The translations under genes were made by a program, and so were the position numbers. DNA of 64,000 nt from positions 54,735-118,734 of the forward strand of contig CAYGKM010000005.1 in assembly GCA_964350695.1 (NCBI GenBank). Reading direction: 5' to 3'. This document shows, piece by piece, positions 9,359 through 17,323 of this stretch. The DNA comes from an uncultured Micavibrio sp. Lineage in GTDB: Bacteria; Pseudomonadota; Alphaproteobacteria; Micavibrionales; Micavibrionaceae. Below the pieces are notes generated by a model, which did no database searches, was not told the origin of the DNA, and saw only the letters and a program-made list of their open reading frames with translations. How positions within the stretch are numbered: position 1 is the first letter of the stretch; each line of letters opens with the position of its first letter.

Positions 9359-10477
9359 TTAACGTCCCAGGATGAGGGCTTTTACTTTATCGGTTGCTTT
9401 GCCGAGGAAGCCTTTTGCTGCAACATTTTCATTGGCGATAAGCGGAACGCTGAGGGGCTCGCTACCCGGCATTTTTATGCTTAGGCTGGCGACTTCATCA
9501 CCTTGCTTGATCGGAGCGACGAGCGGGCCGTTATATTCCACTTTGGCTTCTATTTTATCTTGCGCGCCTTTGGGGACGGTAAAGAACATATCTTCTTTAA
9601 GTGTTAAGGAGACTGCGTTCGTCTTACCCATAGTGACTTCGGCAGTTTCGACGATATCGCCCGCTTTAAAGAGGGTTTTGTTTTCAAAGCTCATTAGGCC
9701 CCAGTTTAGAAGCTTTGCGGCTTCGGAGGAGCGTGTGGCTTCGCTGTCTAAGCCGTTTACGACAAGGATAACGCGCCGACCGTCTTTTGTACCGGAGCCG
9801 ATCAGCCCATAGCCGCCGGCATCTGTGTGCCCGGTTTTAACGCCATCTGCGCCGATGTTTTTGTATAGAAGCGGATTGCGGTTTGGTTGTTTTATGCCGT
9901 TATATTCGAACTCTGTTTCCGAATAATATTTGTAATAGACAGGATAATTTTTGATGAGGTATTTGGCCAAAAGCGCAAGGTCCTTGGCGGTGGAATAATG
10001 ATCGGGATCAGGCCAGCCGGAGGCGTTTTTAAACTGGCTGTTATTCATACCGATTTCTTTGGCTTTGGCATTCAGGGCTTTGGCGAAGGTTTCTTCGTCG
10101 CCTGAAAGCCCTTCGGCGAGAACGATTGTGGCGTCATTTCCTGATTGTATGATTACGCCGCGAAGAAGGTCTTCAATCTTGACCTGCTTGTTCACCTCGA
10201 CAAACATTTTAGACCCCTCTTTGCGCCAGGCCTTTTCGCTGACGTTAAACTCGCCGTCAAGTTTCAGTGTGCCGGATTTAAGCGCGTCGAAAATAACGGC
10301 GGCTGTGATGACTTTGCTCATCGAGGAGGTCGGCATTTTTTCTTCAGCGTTCTTTGATAGCAGCACGCTGCCTGTATCGTAATCGATTACGATGGCTTGC
10401 TTTGCAGAGGTTTCAATGCCGCTTGCAAAAGCTTGGAAAGGAATAAGGAGGAGTGTGAGTAAAAATATATATCGCAT
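9359..10477 (-). CDS. D-alanyl-D-alanine carboxypeptidase (PBP5/6 class, S11 peptidase)
   Basis: Signal peptide, active-site SMSK (SxxK), SGN and KTGHT motifs, and a C-terminal PBP5-type beta-sandwich domain. Confidence 0.9.
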   Translation of the reverse strand: MRYIFLLTLLLIPFQAFASGIETSAKQAIVIDYDTGSVLLSKNAEEKMPTSSMSKVITAAVIFDALKSGTLKLDGEFNVSEKAWRKEGSKMFVEVNKQVKIEDLLRGVIIQSGNDATIVLAEGLSGDEETFAKALNAKAKEIGMNNSQFKNASGWPDPDHYSTAKDLALLAKYLIKNYPVYYKYYSETEFEYNGIKQPNRNPLLYKNIGADGVKTGHTDAGGYGLIGSGTKDGRRVILVVNGLDSEATRSSEAAKLLNWGLMSFENKTLFKAGDIVETAEVTMGKTNAVSLTLKEDMFFTVPKGAQDKIEAKVEYNGPLVAPIKQGDEVASLSIKMPGSEPLSVPLIANENVAAKGFLGKATDKVKALILGR

Positions 10478-10532
10478 GATTCACATTAAAACGCGATGCG
10501 GGGTTTAATTCAACGAAGAAAGAAAGTTTATT

Positions 10533-11378
10533 TTAATCGCTCACAACTATGAAGCCTTGCGCTTTTCCGCTTTGGGTCATTTGTGCCAAAACGGTTTGGG
10601 CATGGGCTTTGTCTGCGAATGGCCCTAGGCGCACTTTGTAAAGGCTGTTTTGTTCACTGATTTTGGTGGGGGCGTAGTTTTGAAGCGTTCCTGCAAGCCT
10701 TTGGGCACTGTTTACGTCACCAAAAGCGCCGGCTTGGACGTAGATTTTATTCCCTGCGAGGGCCTGTTGCACCGGCGCGGCAAGGGGTTTTGCCGACGGG
10801 ATTGGGGGCGCGGAAATTTGCGGCATTCTATTATTATAGGCAAGCTCGGTTTTGGTGGTTGCGATGCCTTGTTTAGCAAGCGCGGCGACCTGCCTGCTTT
10901 CCGGCCCTAAGACCTGAATTTTTACTTGCGTGGTACCATTGCCGATAAAGCCAAGTTCTTGCGCGGCTTTTTTCGATAGATCGAGAACGCGGCCCTTGGA
11001 GTAAGGGCCACGGTCATTGATCCTTACGACAACGGAGCGGCCGTTTTCAAGGTTGGTGACGCGCGCGATGGATGGCATTTGAAGCGTTCTGTGGGCCGCG
11101 GTCATTTCATACATATCGAATGTTTCGCCGTTAGCGGTTTTTTTACCATGGAAATTCGGCCCGTACCATGACGCGGTTCCCGTTTGGGTGAAGCTGAATG
11201 TTTCTTGGGGTTTATACCATTTACCGTGAATTTTATATGGGGTGCCGATTTTGTAGTACCCAACACTTTGTTGTTCATCAGGAATCGGTACCTGTTTGGC
11301 AACATGTGAAGCCAGCTCCATTTCCGCGCAGGCAGATAGAAACATAAGAGCCAATAAGGGGAGCCAGATTTTACGCAT
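10533..11378 (-). CDS. rlpA: Septal ring lytic transglycosylase RlpA with a C-terminal SPOR domain
   Basis: Lipoprotein signal (LSAC), DPBB core GTASWYGPNFHGKKTANGETFDMYEMTAAHRTLQMPS...VRINDRGP, and a SPOR-like C-terminus (YVQAGAFGDVNSAQRL...YKVRLGPF). Confidence 0.85.
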   Translation of the reverse strand: MRKIWLPLLALMFLSACAEMELASHVAKQVPIPDEQQSVGYYKIGTPYKIHGKWYKPQETFSFTQTGTASWYGPNFHGKKTANGETFDMYEMTAAHRTLQMPSIARVTNLENGRSVVVRINDRGPYSKGRVLDLSKKAAQELGFIGNGTTQVKIQVLGPESRQVAALAKQGIATTKTELAYNNRMPQISAPPIPSAKPLAAPVQQALAGNKIYVQAGAFGDVNSAQRLAGTLQNYAPTKISEQNSLYKVRLGPFADKAHAQTVLAQMTQSGKAQGFIVVSD

Positions 11379-11390
11379 GGAATTTCTCTT

Positions 11391-12362
11391 TTATTGGGAT
11401 ATTTGATCGGCCAGAAGGCCCACAGATGTGGCGAAGTACGTTGAATTATTCCACTTCATAATAACACGATAATTATTATATGCCAAATATGCAGGGCCGC
11501 CAATTCCATCAGGAACCATAATAGAGGCCTCAATCCCTTCTGCGGACGGAAGTTGGCTGCCGCTTGGGAGCCTAACGCCGAGCGCATTCCACGCTGAAAG
11601 GCTTTTGGTGATTTTTTTGCCTGTCAGGGATTCAGAGAATCCGGAAGGGAGCTTGACCTCCCTGCCCCAGCGCTCGTCTTCTTTCCAACCGCTTTTAGAG
11701 AGATAATTGGCGGTGGAAGCAAAAACATCGGGCAGTGATGTCCAGATATCACGCTTGCCATCTGCGTTGCCGTCCACGGCGAAGGCGTTAAAGCTAGAGG
11801 GCATGAATTGGTTTTGACCCATGGCGCCCGCCCATGAGCCTTTCATGTTTGCGGGGCTAATGTGGCCTGCATTTAAAATGTTCAGGGCGTTCATTAGCTC
11901 TGCGCGAAAAAACTCCGAGCGGCGCCCGTCATAGGCCAGAGTGGCGAGCGCAGGGATGACCTTAAAACCGCCTGTGTTTTCACCATAGCTGGTTTCGATG
12001 CCCCAGAGTGCGACGATATATTGTGCAGGCACGCCATATTTGGCCGCGGCGCGTTCAAGTTCGGCGCGGTGTTTCTTATACATGTGTTGCCCTGTTGCGA
12101 TGCGCTGCGGGCTGATAACTTTTTTATAGTATTCACTGAAGGTCATTGTGCCTTCAGGCTGTTTACGGTCTAGCTCAATGATGCGGGGAATCGGCTCTAT
12201 GCCGGTTAAAGATTGGCTGATGATGCTTTCGGAGATACCTTTTTTGCGGGCTTCGGCTTTTACGCCGTCAAGCCATTGGTTGAAGGGCTGCGCCGCAAAT
12301 GCGTTGTTTGAAAGAGAAAACAAGCCCATTGTCATGGCGATCATGAATATATTTTTGGGCAT
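11391..12362 (-). CDS. Lytic murein transglycosylase (MltB/Slt35 family)
   Basis: Signal peptide. WGIETSYG catalytic-Glu motif, GAMGQNQFMPSSF and NYRVIMKWNNSTYFA, all typical of family 3 lytic transglycosylases. Confidence 0.85.
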   Translation of the reverse strand: MPKNIFMIAMTMGLFSLSNNAFAAQPFNQWLDGVKAEARKKGISESIISQSLTGIEPIPRIIELDRKQPEGTMTFSEYYKKVISPQRIATGQHMYKKHRAELERAAAKYGVPAQYIVALWGIETSYGENTGGFKVIPALATLAYDGRRSEFFRAELMNALNILNAGHISPANMKGSWAGAMGQNQFMPSSFNAFAVDGNADGKRDIWTSLPDVFASTANYLSKSGWKEDERWGREVKLPSGFSESLTGKKITKSLSAWNALGVRLPSGSQLPSAEGIEASIMVPDGIGGPAYLAYNNYRVIMKWNNSTYFATSVGLLADQISQ

Positions 12363-12463
12363 GTCTGTGTTTCTCCAATATTTTGTCTGGACATTAAGGG
12401 GTAAATATCGCTAAAAACTACAACGCTTACAACCACATTGTATGCAATTTTTATTTTTGTGAT

Positions 12464-12553
12464 GGACAGATGGCAGAGTGGTTGAATGCACCGGTCTTGA
12501 AAACCGGCATGGGTGCAAGCCCATCCAGGGTTCGAATCCCTGTCTGTCCGCCA
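12464..12553 (+). tRNA. tRNA-Ser (anticodon UGA)
   Basis: A 90-nt cloverleaf read directly. Acceptor GGACAGA/TCTGTCC. Anticodon stem CCGGT/ACCGG with loop CTTGAAA (anticodon TGA). Long variable arm ATGGG-TGCAAG-CCCAT. T-arm CAGGG-TTCGAAT-CCCTG. Encoded 3' CCA. Confidence 0.9.
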
Positions 12554-12590
12554 TTTAATCTATAAGAGCGCGTTTTGCGTATATTAAATT

Positions 12591-13232
12591 ATGAAGCGCG
12601 CCCTCCTCTCATTTGAATTTATCCTTCTGTGTATATTTTTGCCGACAATTATTATTGTTTTTCGGCTCGCGCCATTCATGTTTGCGCTTTTGTGGGGGAC
12701 GGCACTGTATTGTTATTTGGTTTTGCGGATTAAATATCCCGAGCATTTAAAGGATATCTGGAAGTGGCGCGAAGTGAATTGGGCGAATTTGAGACCTATG
12801 CTTATTCGTTGGGTTATTGCCAGTTTTGCGATGCTGGCGTTTATTTATATTTATGACCCTGAAAAGGTTTTCAATTTATTTTATCGGCGGCCTGAGATTA
12901 TTCCGTTTTTGCTTGTGATGTATCCTGTGGTTTCGGGGCTGCCGCAGGAATTTATATTTTGTAGTTTCTTCTTTAAACGTTATGAGCGGTTTTTTCCGTC
13001 GCAGCGCGTTATGATTGTTGTGAGTGCGGTTGTTTTTGCATATGCGCATATGCTCTTTATCAATCCTGTTGCGCCCGCCTTGAGCTTTATTGCAGGGCTT
13101 ATCTTTGCCAATACATATGCCAAGACAAAATCTTTGGCTTTGGTGGCGATTGAGCATGGTTTATACGGCAATGTATTGTTCCTTGTGGGTTTAGGCTGGT
13201 ATTTTTATTCCGGCGCGGTTGTTGTGCCATAA
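12591..13232 (+). CDS. CPBP-family (CAAX-type) intramembrane protease-like protein
   Basis: Polytopic membrane protein with motif 2 FAYAH (FxxxH) and motif 3 EHGLYGN (HxxxN). Motif 1 is degenerate: QEFIFCS instead of EExxxR. Confidence 0.65.
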   Translation: MKRALLSFEFILLCIFLPTIIIVFRLAPFMFALLWGTALYCYLVLRIKYPEHLKDIWKWREVNWANLRPMLIRWVIASFAMLAFIYIYDPEKVFNLFYRRPEIIPFLLVMYPVVSGLPQEFIFCSFFFKRYERFFPSQRVMIVVSAVVFAYAHMLFINPVAPALSFIAGLIFANTYAKTKSLALVAIEHGLYGNVLFLVGLGWYFYSGAVVVP

Positions 13233-13268
13233 AAATTGGGTTGTTTTTAGAGGCCTTAAAGAGTAGAT

Positions 13269-14102
13269 TTGCGCACGAATAAAGGTGTTTCTATGAAAAA
13301 AATCCTACAAATTGCGCGAAATCTCTACTATTACCGTATTCTCGATATTTACAAGAAATTCAAGGCAGCGTTTTTTAATCCGCGTACGAAGTCCGGACAT
13401 TTTGACAGGATTTATACATGCGTTTTAGAGGGACAAGCCCCTGTTGTATTTGATGTCGGGGCGTTTGATGGGCGCAGTATAGAGCGCTTTCGCAAGCTTT
13501 TCCCTTCGGCTTATGTTCATTCTTTTGAACCGTCTTCTCATAGTTTTGCAAAAATATCCGCGGCCTATGCTGCAGATAAATCCGTGAGCCTTAATAAGAA
13601 GGCTGTCGGCGCTCAAGCGAATGTGTTGACGCTGCATTATAATCAAAAGCCAGATACATCCAGCATTTTACCGGTTGATGTTTCCCATGAATGGACAAAA
13701 AGACGCGCGAAGGAAATGGGAATTTTGGCAGAGGATTTTTCAATAGAGACGGAAGAAGTGAATGTTATTGCGCTGGATACATACATCGAAGAAAACAAGG
13801 TTTCTTCTGTCGATATACTGAAAATCGATACGCAAGGCTTTGAAGTTGATGTTTTGAAAGGTGCGCTTAAGAGTATTGAGCGGGGGGTATTTAAGTTTAT
13901 CGAGATCGAGGTTCTTTTGCACGGCCTGTATCAGGGGACGGATAAAGATATTTTAGATTATGAGAGTCTCATCGTTCCTAACGGGTATAAAATCGTGGCA
14001 ACCAGCGCACATATTGATATCCTTGAAAATAACGTGCTGTTATTCGATGTTGTTTATGCGCGTCAGGATATGTTTGATGCGCTGAGCGCTTCTCAGGCTT
14101 AA
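13269..14102 (+). CDS. FkbM-family SAM-dependent methyltransferase
   Basis: VFDVGAFDGRS (SAM-binding glycine loop), VHSFEP and DILKIDTQGFEVDVLKGA are characteristic FkbM motifs. The listed start is TTG. An in-frame ATG at 13293 (MKKILQ) is an alternative. Confidence 0.8.
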   Translation: MRTNKGVSMKKILQIARNLYYYRILDIYKKFKAAFFNPRTKSGHFDRIYTCVLEGQAPVVFDVGAFDGRSIERFRKLFPSAYVHSFEPSSHSFAKISAAYAADKSVSLNKKAVGAQANVLTLHYNQKPDTSSILPVDVSHEWTKRRAKEMGILAEDFSIETEEVNVIALDTYIEENKVSSVDILKIDTQGFEVDVLKGALKSIERGVFKFIEIEVLLHGLYQGTDKDILDYESLIVPNGYKIVATSAHIDILENNVLLFDVVYARQDMFDALSASQA

Positions 14103-14109
14103 GGTTTAC

Positions 14110-15054
14110 ATGGCAAAGCTTCTTGTTATTAACTCTTTCGGGCCGATGGCCAGCACCCTTCTTTCCGGGCTGATGGAGAAGTTTGGCTATACCAATGTTC
14201 CTCTTCGAAAAATGGGTTTGCATCAATATTTGATAGGGCAGCTCACACTAGATAGCGGGTATATGCAGGGCCGTTTGGCGGCTATCCTTAAAGATCATTC
14301 GAAGGAAGGCCTGCGCGGTGGAGTGAGCGTACTGGATAGGAATAATCAAAAGCCGAGCGCATTACTGGATTATAATGCTGTTATTAACCGTTTGGATGAT
14401 ATCAAGGCTGCGAGTGTACAAGATTTGTATGTTCAGTGCCGCAAGCTGTATTACGATGCTGTGATTTATAAGACAATTGAGAGTAATACGGATTGGCATA
14501 TAGAGATGACAACTGATATTCATCGATATGATCACAAGGCTTTATATGGGGCATATCAAGAGCATTTTGATGATGTGAAGATGATACATCTGCATCGGCC
14601 TTTGGGCGGGTGGATGAATTCTCTGGCTTCGCAGGCTTTTGTTCATCCTGATATCAAGCAGCGGATTATGTTTTTTCCGCATTTGCGGTATGCGGATTAT
14701 GCGCTTTATGAAGAGGCTGTTGCGGTTATGCCTGGCATGCATATTCAGTTTGACGAGTTTTTTGACTCGCCAATTACGGAATTGGCGGCGCAGATTTCCG
14801 CGTTTGTTGGCGTGCCTATGCCTGAATGTGATTTAACGGCGGAAGCATATGATATGTACGGCAAAATTGTGCCGTATGAGAGAGCGTTTACGCGGTTTGA
14901 TGATGGGCAGGTGTTTTTGTCTGAAAGGACGAAGCAGATGTTTTGTGAGCTTGCTAAAAGTAAAAAGCTTAAGGCCTTCCCTTATAATGCGTATGCTTGG
15001 GCATTGTATTTAATAGATATGATTAATTTTAGAAGAGGGAGAAAAAAGACATGA
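14110..15054 (+). CDS. Hypothetical protein, sulfotransferase-like (degenerate PAPS-binding loop)
   Basis: VINSFGPMASTLL resembles the 5'-PSB loop. KMIHLHRPLGGWMNSLASQ resembles the 3'-PB motif (IxLxRxP....S). HIQFDEFFDSPITELAAQISAFVGVP resembles the typical sulfotransferase C-terminal YEDL..dP...l..i..FLGv block. Its ATGA overlap with the next gene supports it being a real CDS. The function is tentative. Confidence 0.45.
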   Translation: MAKLLVINSFGPMASTLLSGLMEKFGYTNVPLRKMGLHQYLIGQLTLDSGYMQGRLAAILKDHSKEGLRGGVSVLDRNNQKPSALLDYNAVINRLDDIKAASVQDLYVQCRKLYYDAVIYKTIESNTDWHIEMTTDIHRYDHKALYGAYQEHFDDVKMIHLHRPLGGWMNSLASQAFVHPDIKQRIMFFPHLRYADYALYEEAVAVMPGMHIQFDEFFDSPITELAAQISAFVGVPMPECDLTAEAYDMYGKIVPYERAFTRFDDGQVFLSERTKQMFCELAKSKKLKAFPYNAYAWALYLIDMINFRRGRKKT

Positions 15055-15881
15055 GTAGGACCTCTACGGCGGGCCGTAACGACAAAATCGTCAATCTTTT
15101 GGCGAGCGTTATTCGCGGCGGTTTGGGCGCTGTCGGCGCGTTTAAACGCGACACAATGCTGAGTATCTTGGCGGAAAAACTTGTTCCTATTGCCTCGGTT
15201 AGCGCGCAAGGCAAATCTATGCGCTTTTGGGGGTTTGGGGGCTGGCCTTTATATAGAGGGCGCAGCGTTATTCAAAAAGAAAAACTGACGATAGAGTGGA
15301 TTAACGGTTTTGAAGACGGGACAGTGTTTTGGGATATTGGCTCGAATGTCGGGGTGTTTTCTGTTTATGCGGCGCTTATTAAAGGCGCGCAGGTTTATAG
15401 TTTCGAGCCGTCATCGGCGAATGTGGCTGTGCAGACTAAAAATATAGAGATTAATGGTCTGGATCATGCCATTACGCTTTTGCCGATCGCCCTTTCCGAT
15501 CGTACGCAGATTGACATGCTGAACATGATTGCGACGCAGGCAGGTAATACGGGCGGTCAGTTTGGGCAGGCTTCCGAAGGGGCCGTTTTTAAACAGGCGT
15601 GTTTAGGGTTTTCATTTGATGGCTTTATCGAGGCGTTTAATCCCCCCTTCCCGGCATATATAAAAATTGATGTAGACGGGATTGAGCTGTTAATCCTTAA
15701 AGGCGCAGATAAAAGCCTTAAGCGCCCTGAGCTAAAAAGCATTATTCTGGAGGCGGATAACCGGGATGATAGCTTTGATGAGATTCATGCGTTCCTGAAG
15801 GGTTATGGATTTTCTCCTGTACAAAGTGAAGAGACTGTTCCGGGTAAGGACACCGTTTACAACATTGTGTTTGCTCGTTAG
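15051..15881 (+). CDS. FkbM-family SAM-dependent methyltransferase (second copy)
   Basis: VFWDIGSNVGVFSVYAA, VYSFEPSS and YIKIDVDGIELLILKGA are FkbM motifs. Start overlaps the upstream stop (ATGA). Confidence 0.8.
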   Translation: MSRTSTAGRNDKIVNLLASVIRGGLGAVGAFKRDTMLSILAEKLVPIASVSAQGKSMRFWGFGGWPLYRGRSVIQKEKLTIEWINGFEDGTVFWDIGSNVGVFSVYAALIKGAQVYSFEPSSANVAVQTKNIEINGLDHAITLLPIALSDRTQIDMLNMIATQAGNTGGQFGQASEGAVFKQACLGFSFDGFIEAFNPPFPAYIKIDVDGIELLILKGADKSLKRPELKSIILEADNRDDSFDEIHAFLKGYGFSPVQSEETVPGKDTVYNIVFAR

Positions 15882-15886
15882 GGATT

Positions 15887-17314
15887 ATGGGTATGAGTGT
15901 TAAAGACTTTCCTGAAACAAAATGGCTTCACATCCCTATGGAGATTGTGGAGCGCGAGCTTTATCCGAAGCTCTTTCTGGTTGCGGAAGTTTTAAAGAAA
16001 GACTGGTGCTGCGTTTTGGGCACGAAGGCCGCGATGTTGGCGGCGGCGGATCAGCTTCCTAAGGGCCTTGTTTATCTGAAAAGTGTGATCCCGAGTGAGT
16101 ATAATAATATACTTCGGTATAAAGAGTTTGGGCATCGTCTTGTATGTCTCGATGAAGAAGGGCTTATTCAAAGCAGCCTCGAGACGCTTGTGACCGCGCG
16201 GTATAATGAGAAAACCGTGGCCGAGGTGGAGAAGTTTTATTGTTGGGGTGATGTGCCGCGTGATGCGCTGCGGGCGCATTACAAAAAAGACGCTGATAAG
16301 TTTATGACGACCGGCAGCCCTACGGCGGATCTATGGACGCTTAAATCCAAGGACATTTATAAAACCCAGATTGATGAGCTGCACGAGAAATACGGGAAGT
16401 ATATTATTATCCCCTCGAGCTTTGCTGTGGCGAACCATTTTATGGGGCCTGAAGAAGCGCTGAATATTATGAAGCGCGATAATATGTTTCGCGATGATGC
16501 GGATTATCAATATTACAAAGAATACCATGATTACGTGGATAAGGTGTTTAAAGCGTTCCTGAAGCTTTTGCCTGTTTTGTCGAAAGAGTTTCCTGATTAC
16601 AGCATTATTTTGCGCCCTCACCCTTCGGATAACCAAAAGGCTTGGCGGGATGAAACGGCCGGCCTTGATAATGTGCATGTAGTCTTTGAAGGGCCTGTGT
16701 CGCCGTGGCTTGCAGGCGCTGAAGCTGTTTTGCATTGGGGCAGTACAACGGGCCTAGAGGCGTATTTAGTCGGGCGTCCCGTTGTAGGACATACACCCTT
16801 GCCTGAAGAAGAGAAAGCTTATGATGTTTTACCGCATTGGGTGTCTATCATGAGTTACAGCGAGAAGGAGGTTCTCGAAAATTTACATTACGTGCTGGAA
16901 AACCCTGATAATTGGAAAGATCATTATCCGCTTGTTCAGGAGGGGCATGAAGCGTTGAAGCGGTGGATTGGCAATTTGGAAAACGGTCCTGCGATTGAGA
17001 CACTTGTGCGTGAGTTTGAGAGCCTGAACGTTGTGGCGCAAAGCTTTGACGGCGACATTAAGCGCGGCCTTAAGCGCATAACCTTTAAGGAAGCGATTTG
17101 GCGGGGAATTGAAGTTTTTGCAAGGCTGCCTTTTATCGGGCGGTTTTTCTCAAAATATGAACGTCTTGATCTGGGTTTGAAATCGCGGGAGTTCGGGCGG
17201 CATAAAACGGGATATATGCATGCGGATGTTGTTCGTAAAGGCTTAGAAGACTTAACGGATGTGCCGTTGAAGGTGATCGAGCTTAGCGAAAACCTTTACG
17301 CGGTTTATAAGTAA
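15887..17314 (+). CDS. Hypothetical GT-B-like protein, candidate nonulosonic-acid (legionaminic acid) transferase
   Basis: No strong family signature recognised by eye. It contains LDEEG (nt 16151-16162) and RPHPSD (H at nt 16619-16621), followed by HWGSTTGLEAYLVGRPVV. This matches the D/E-D/E-G and HP short motifs of bacterial sialyltransferases plus a GT-B C-domain pattern. Confidence 0.4.
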   Translation: MGMSVKDFPETKWLHIPMEIVERELYPKLFLVAEVLKKDWCCVLGTKAAMLAAADQLPKGLVYLKSVIPSEYNNILRYKEFGHRLVCLDEEGLIQSSLETLVTARYNEKTVAEVEKFYCWGDVPRDALRAHYKKDADKFMTTGSPTADLWTLKSKDIYKTQIDELHEKYGKYIIIPSSFAVANHFMGPEEALNIMKRDNMFRDDADYQYYKEYHDYVDKVFKAFLKLLPVLSKEFPDYSIILRPHPSDNQKAWRDETAGLDNVHVVFEGPVSPWLAGAEAVLHWGSTTGLEAYLVGRPVVGHTPLPEEEKAYDVLPHWVSIMSYSEKEVLENLHYVLENPDNWKDHYPLVQEGHEALKRWIGNLENGPAIETLVREFESLNVVAQSFDGDIKRGLKRITFKEAIWRGIEVFARLPFIGRFFSKYERLDLGLKSREFGRHKTGYMHADVVRKGLEDLTDVPLKVIELSENLYAVYK

Positions 17315-17323
17315 CGGCGTGTC

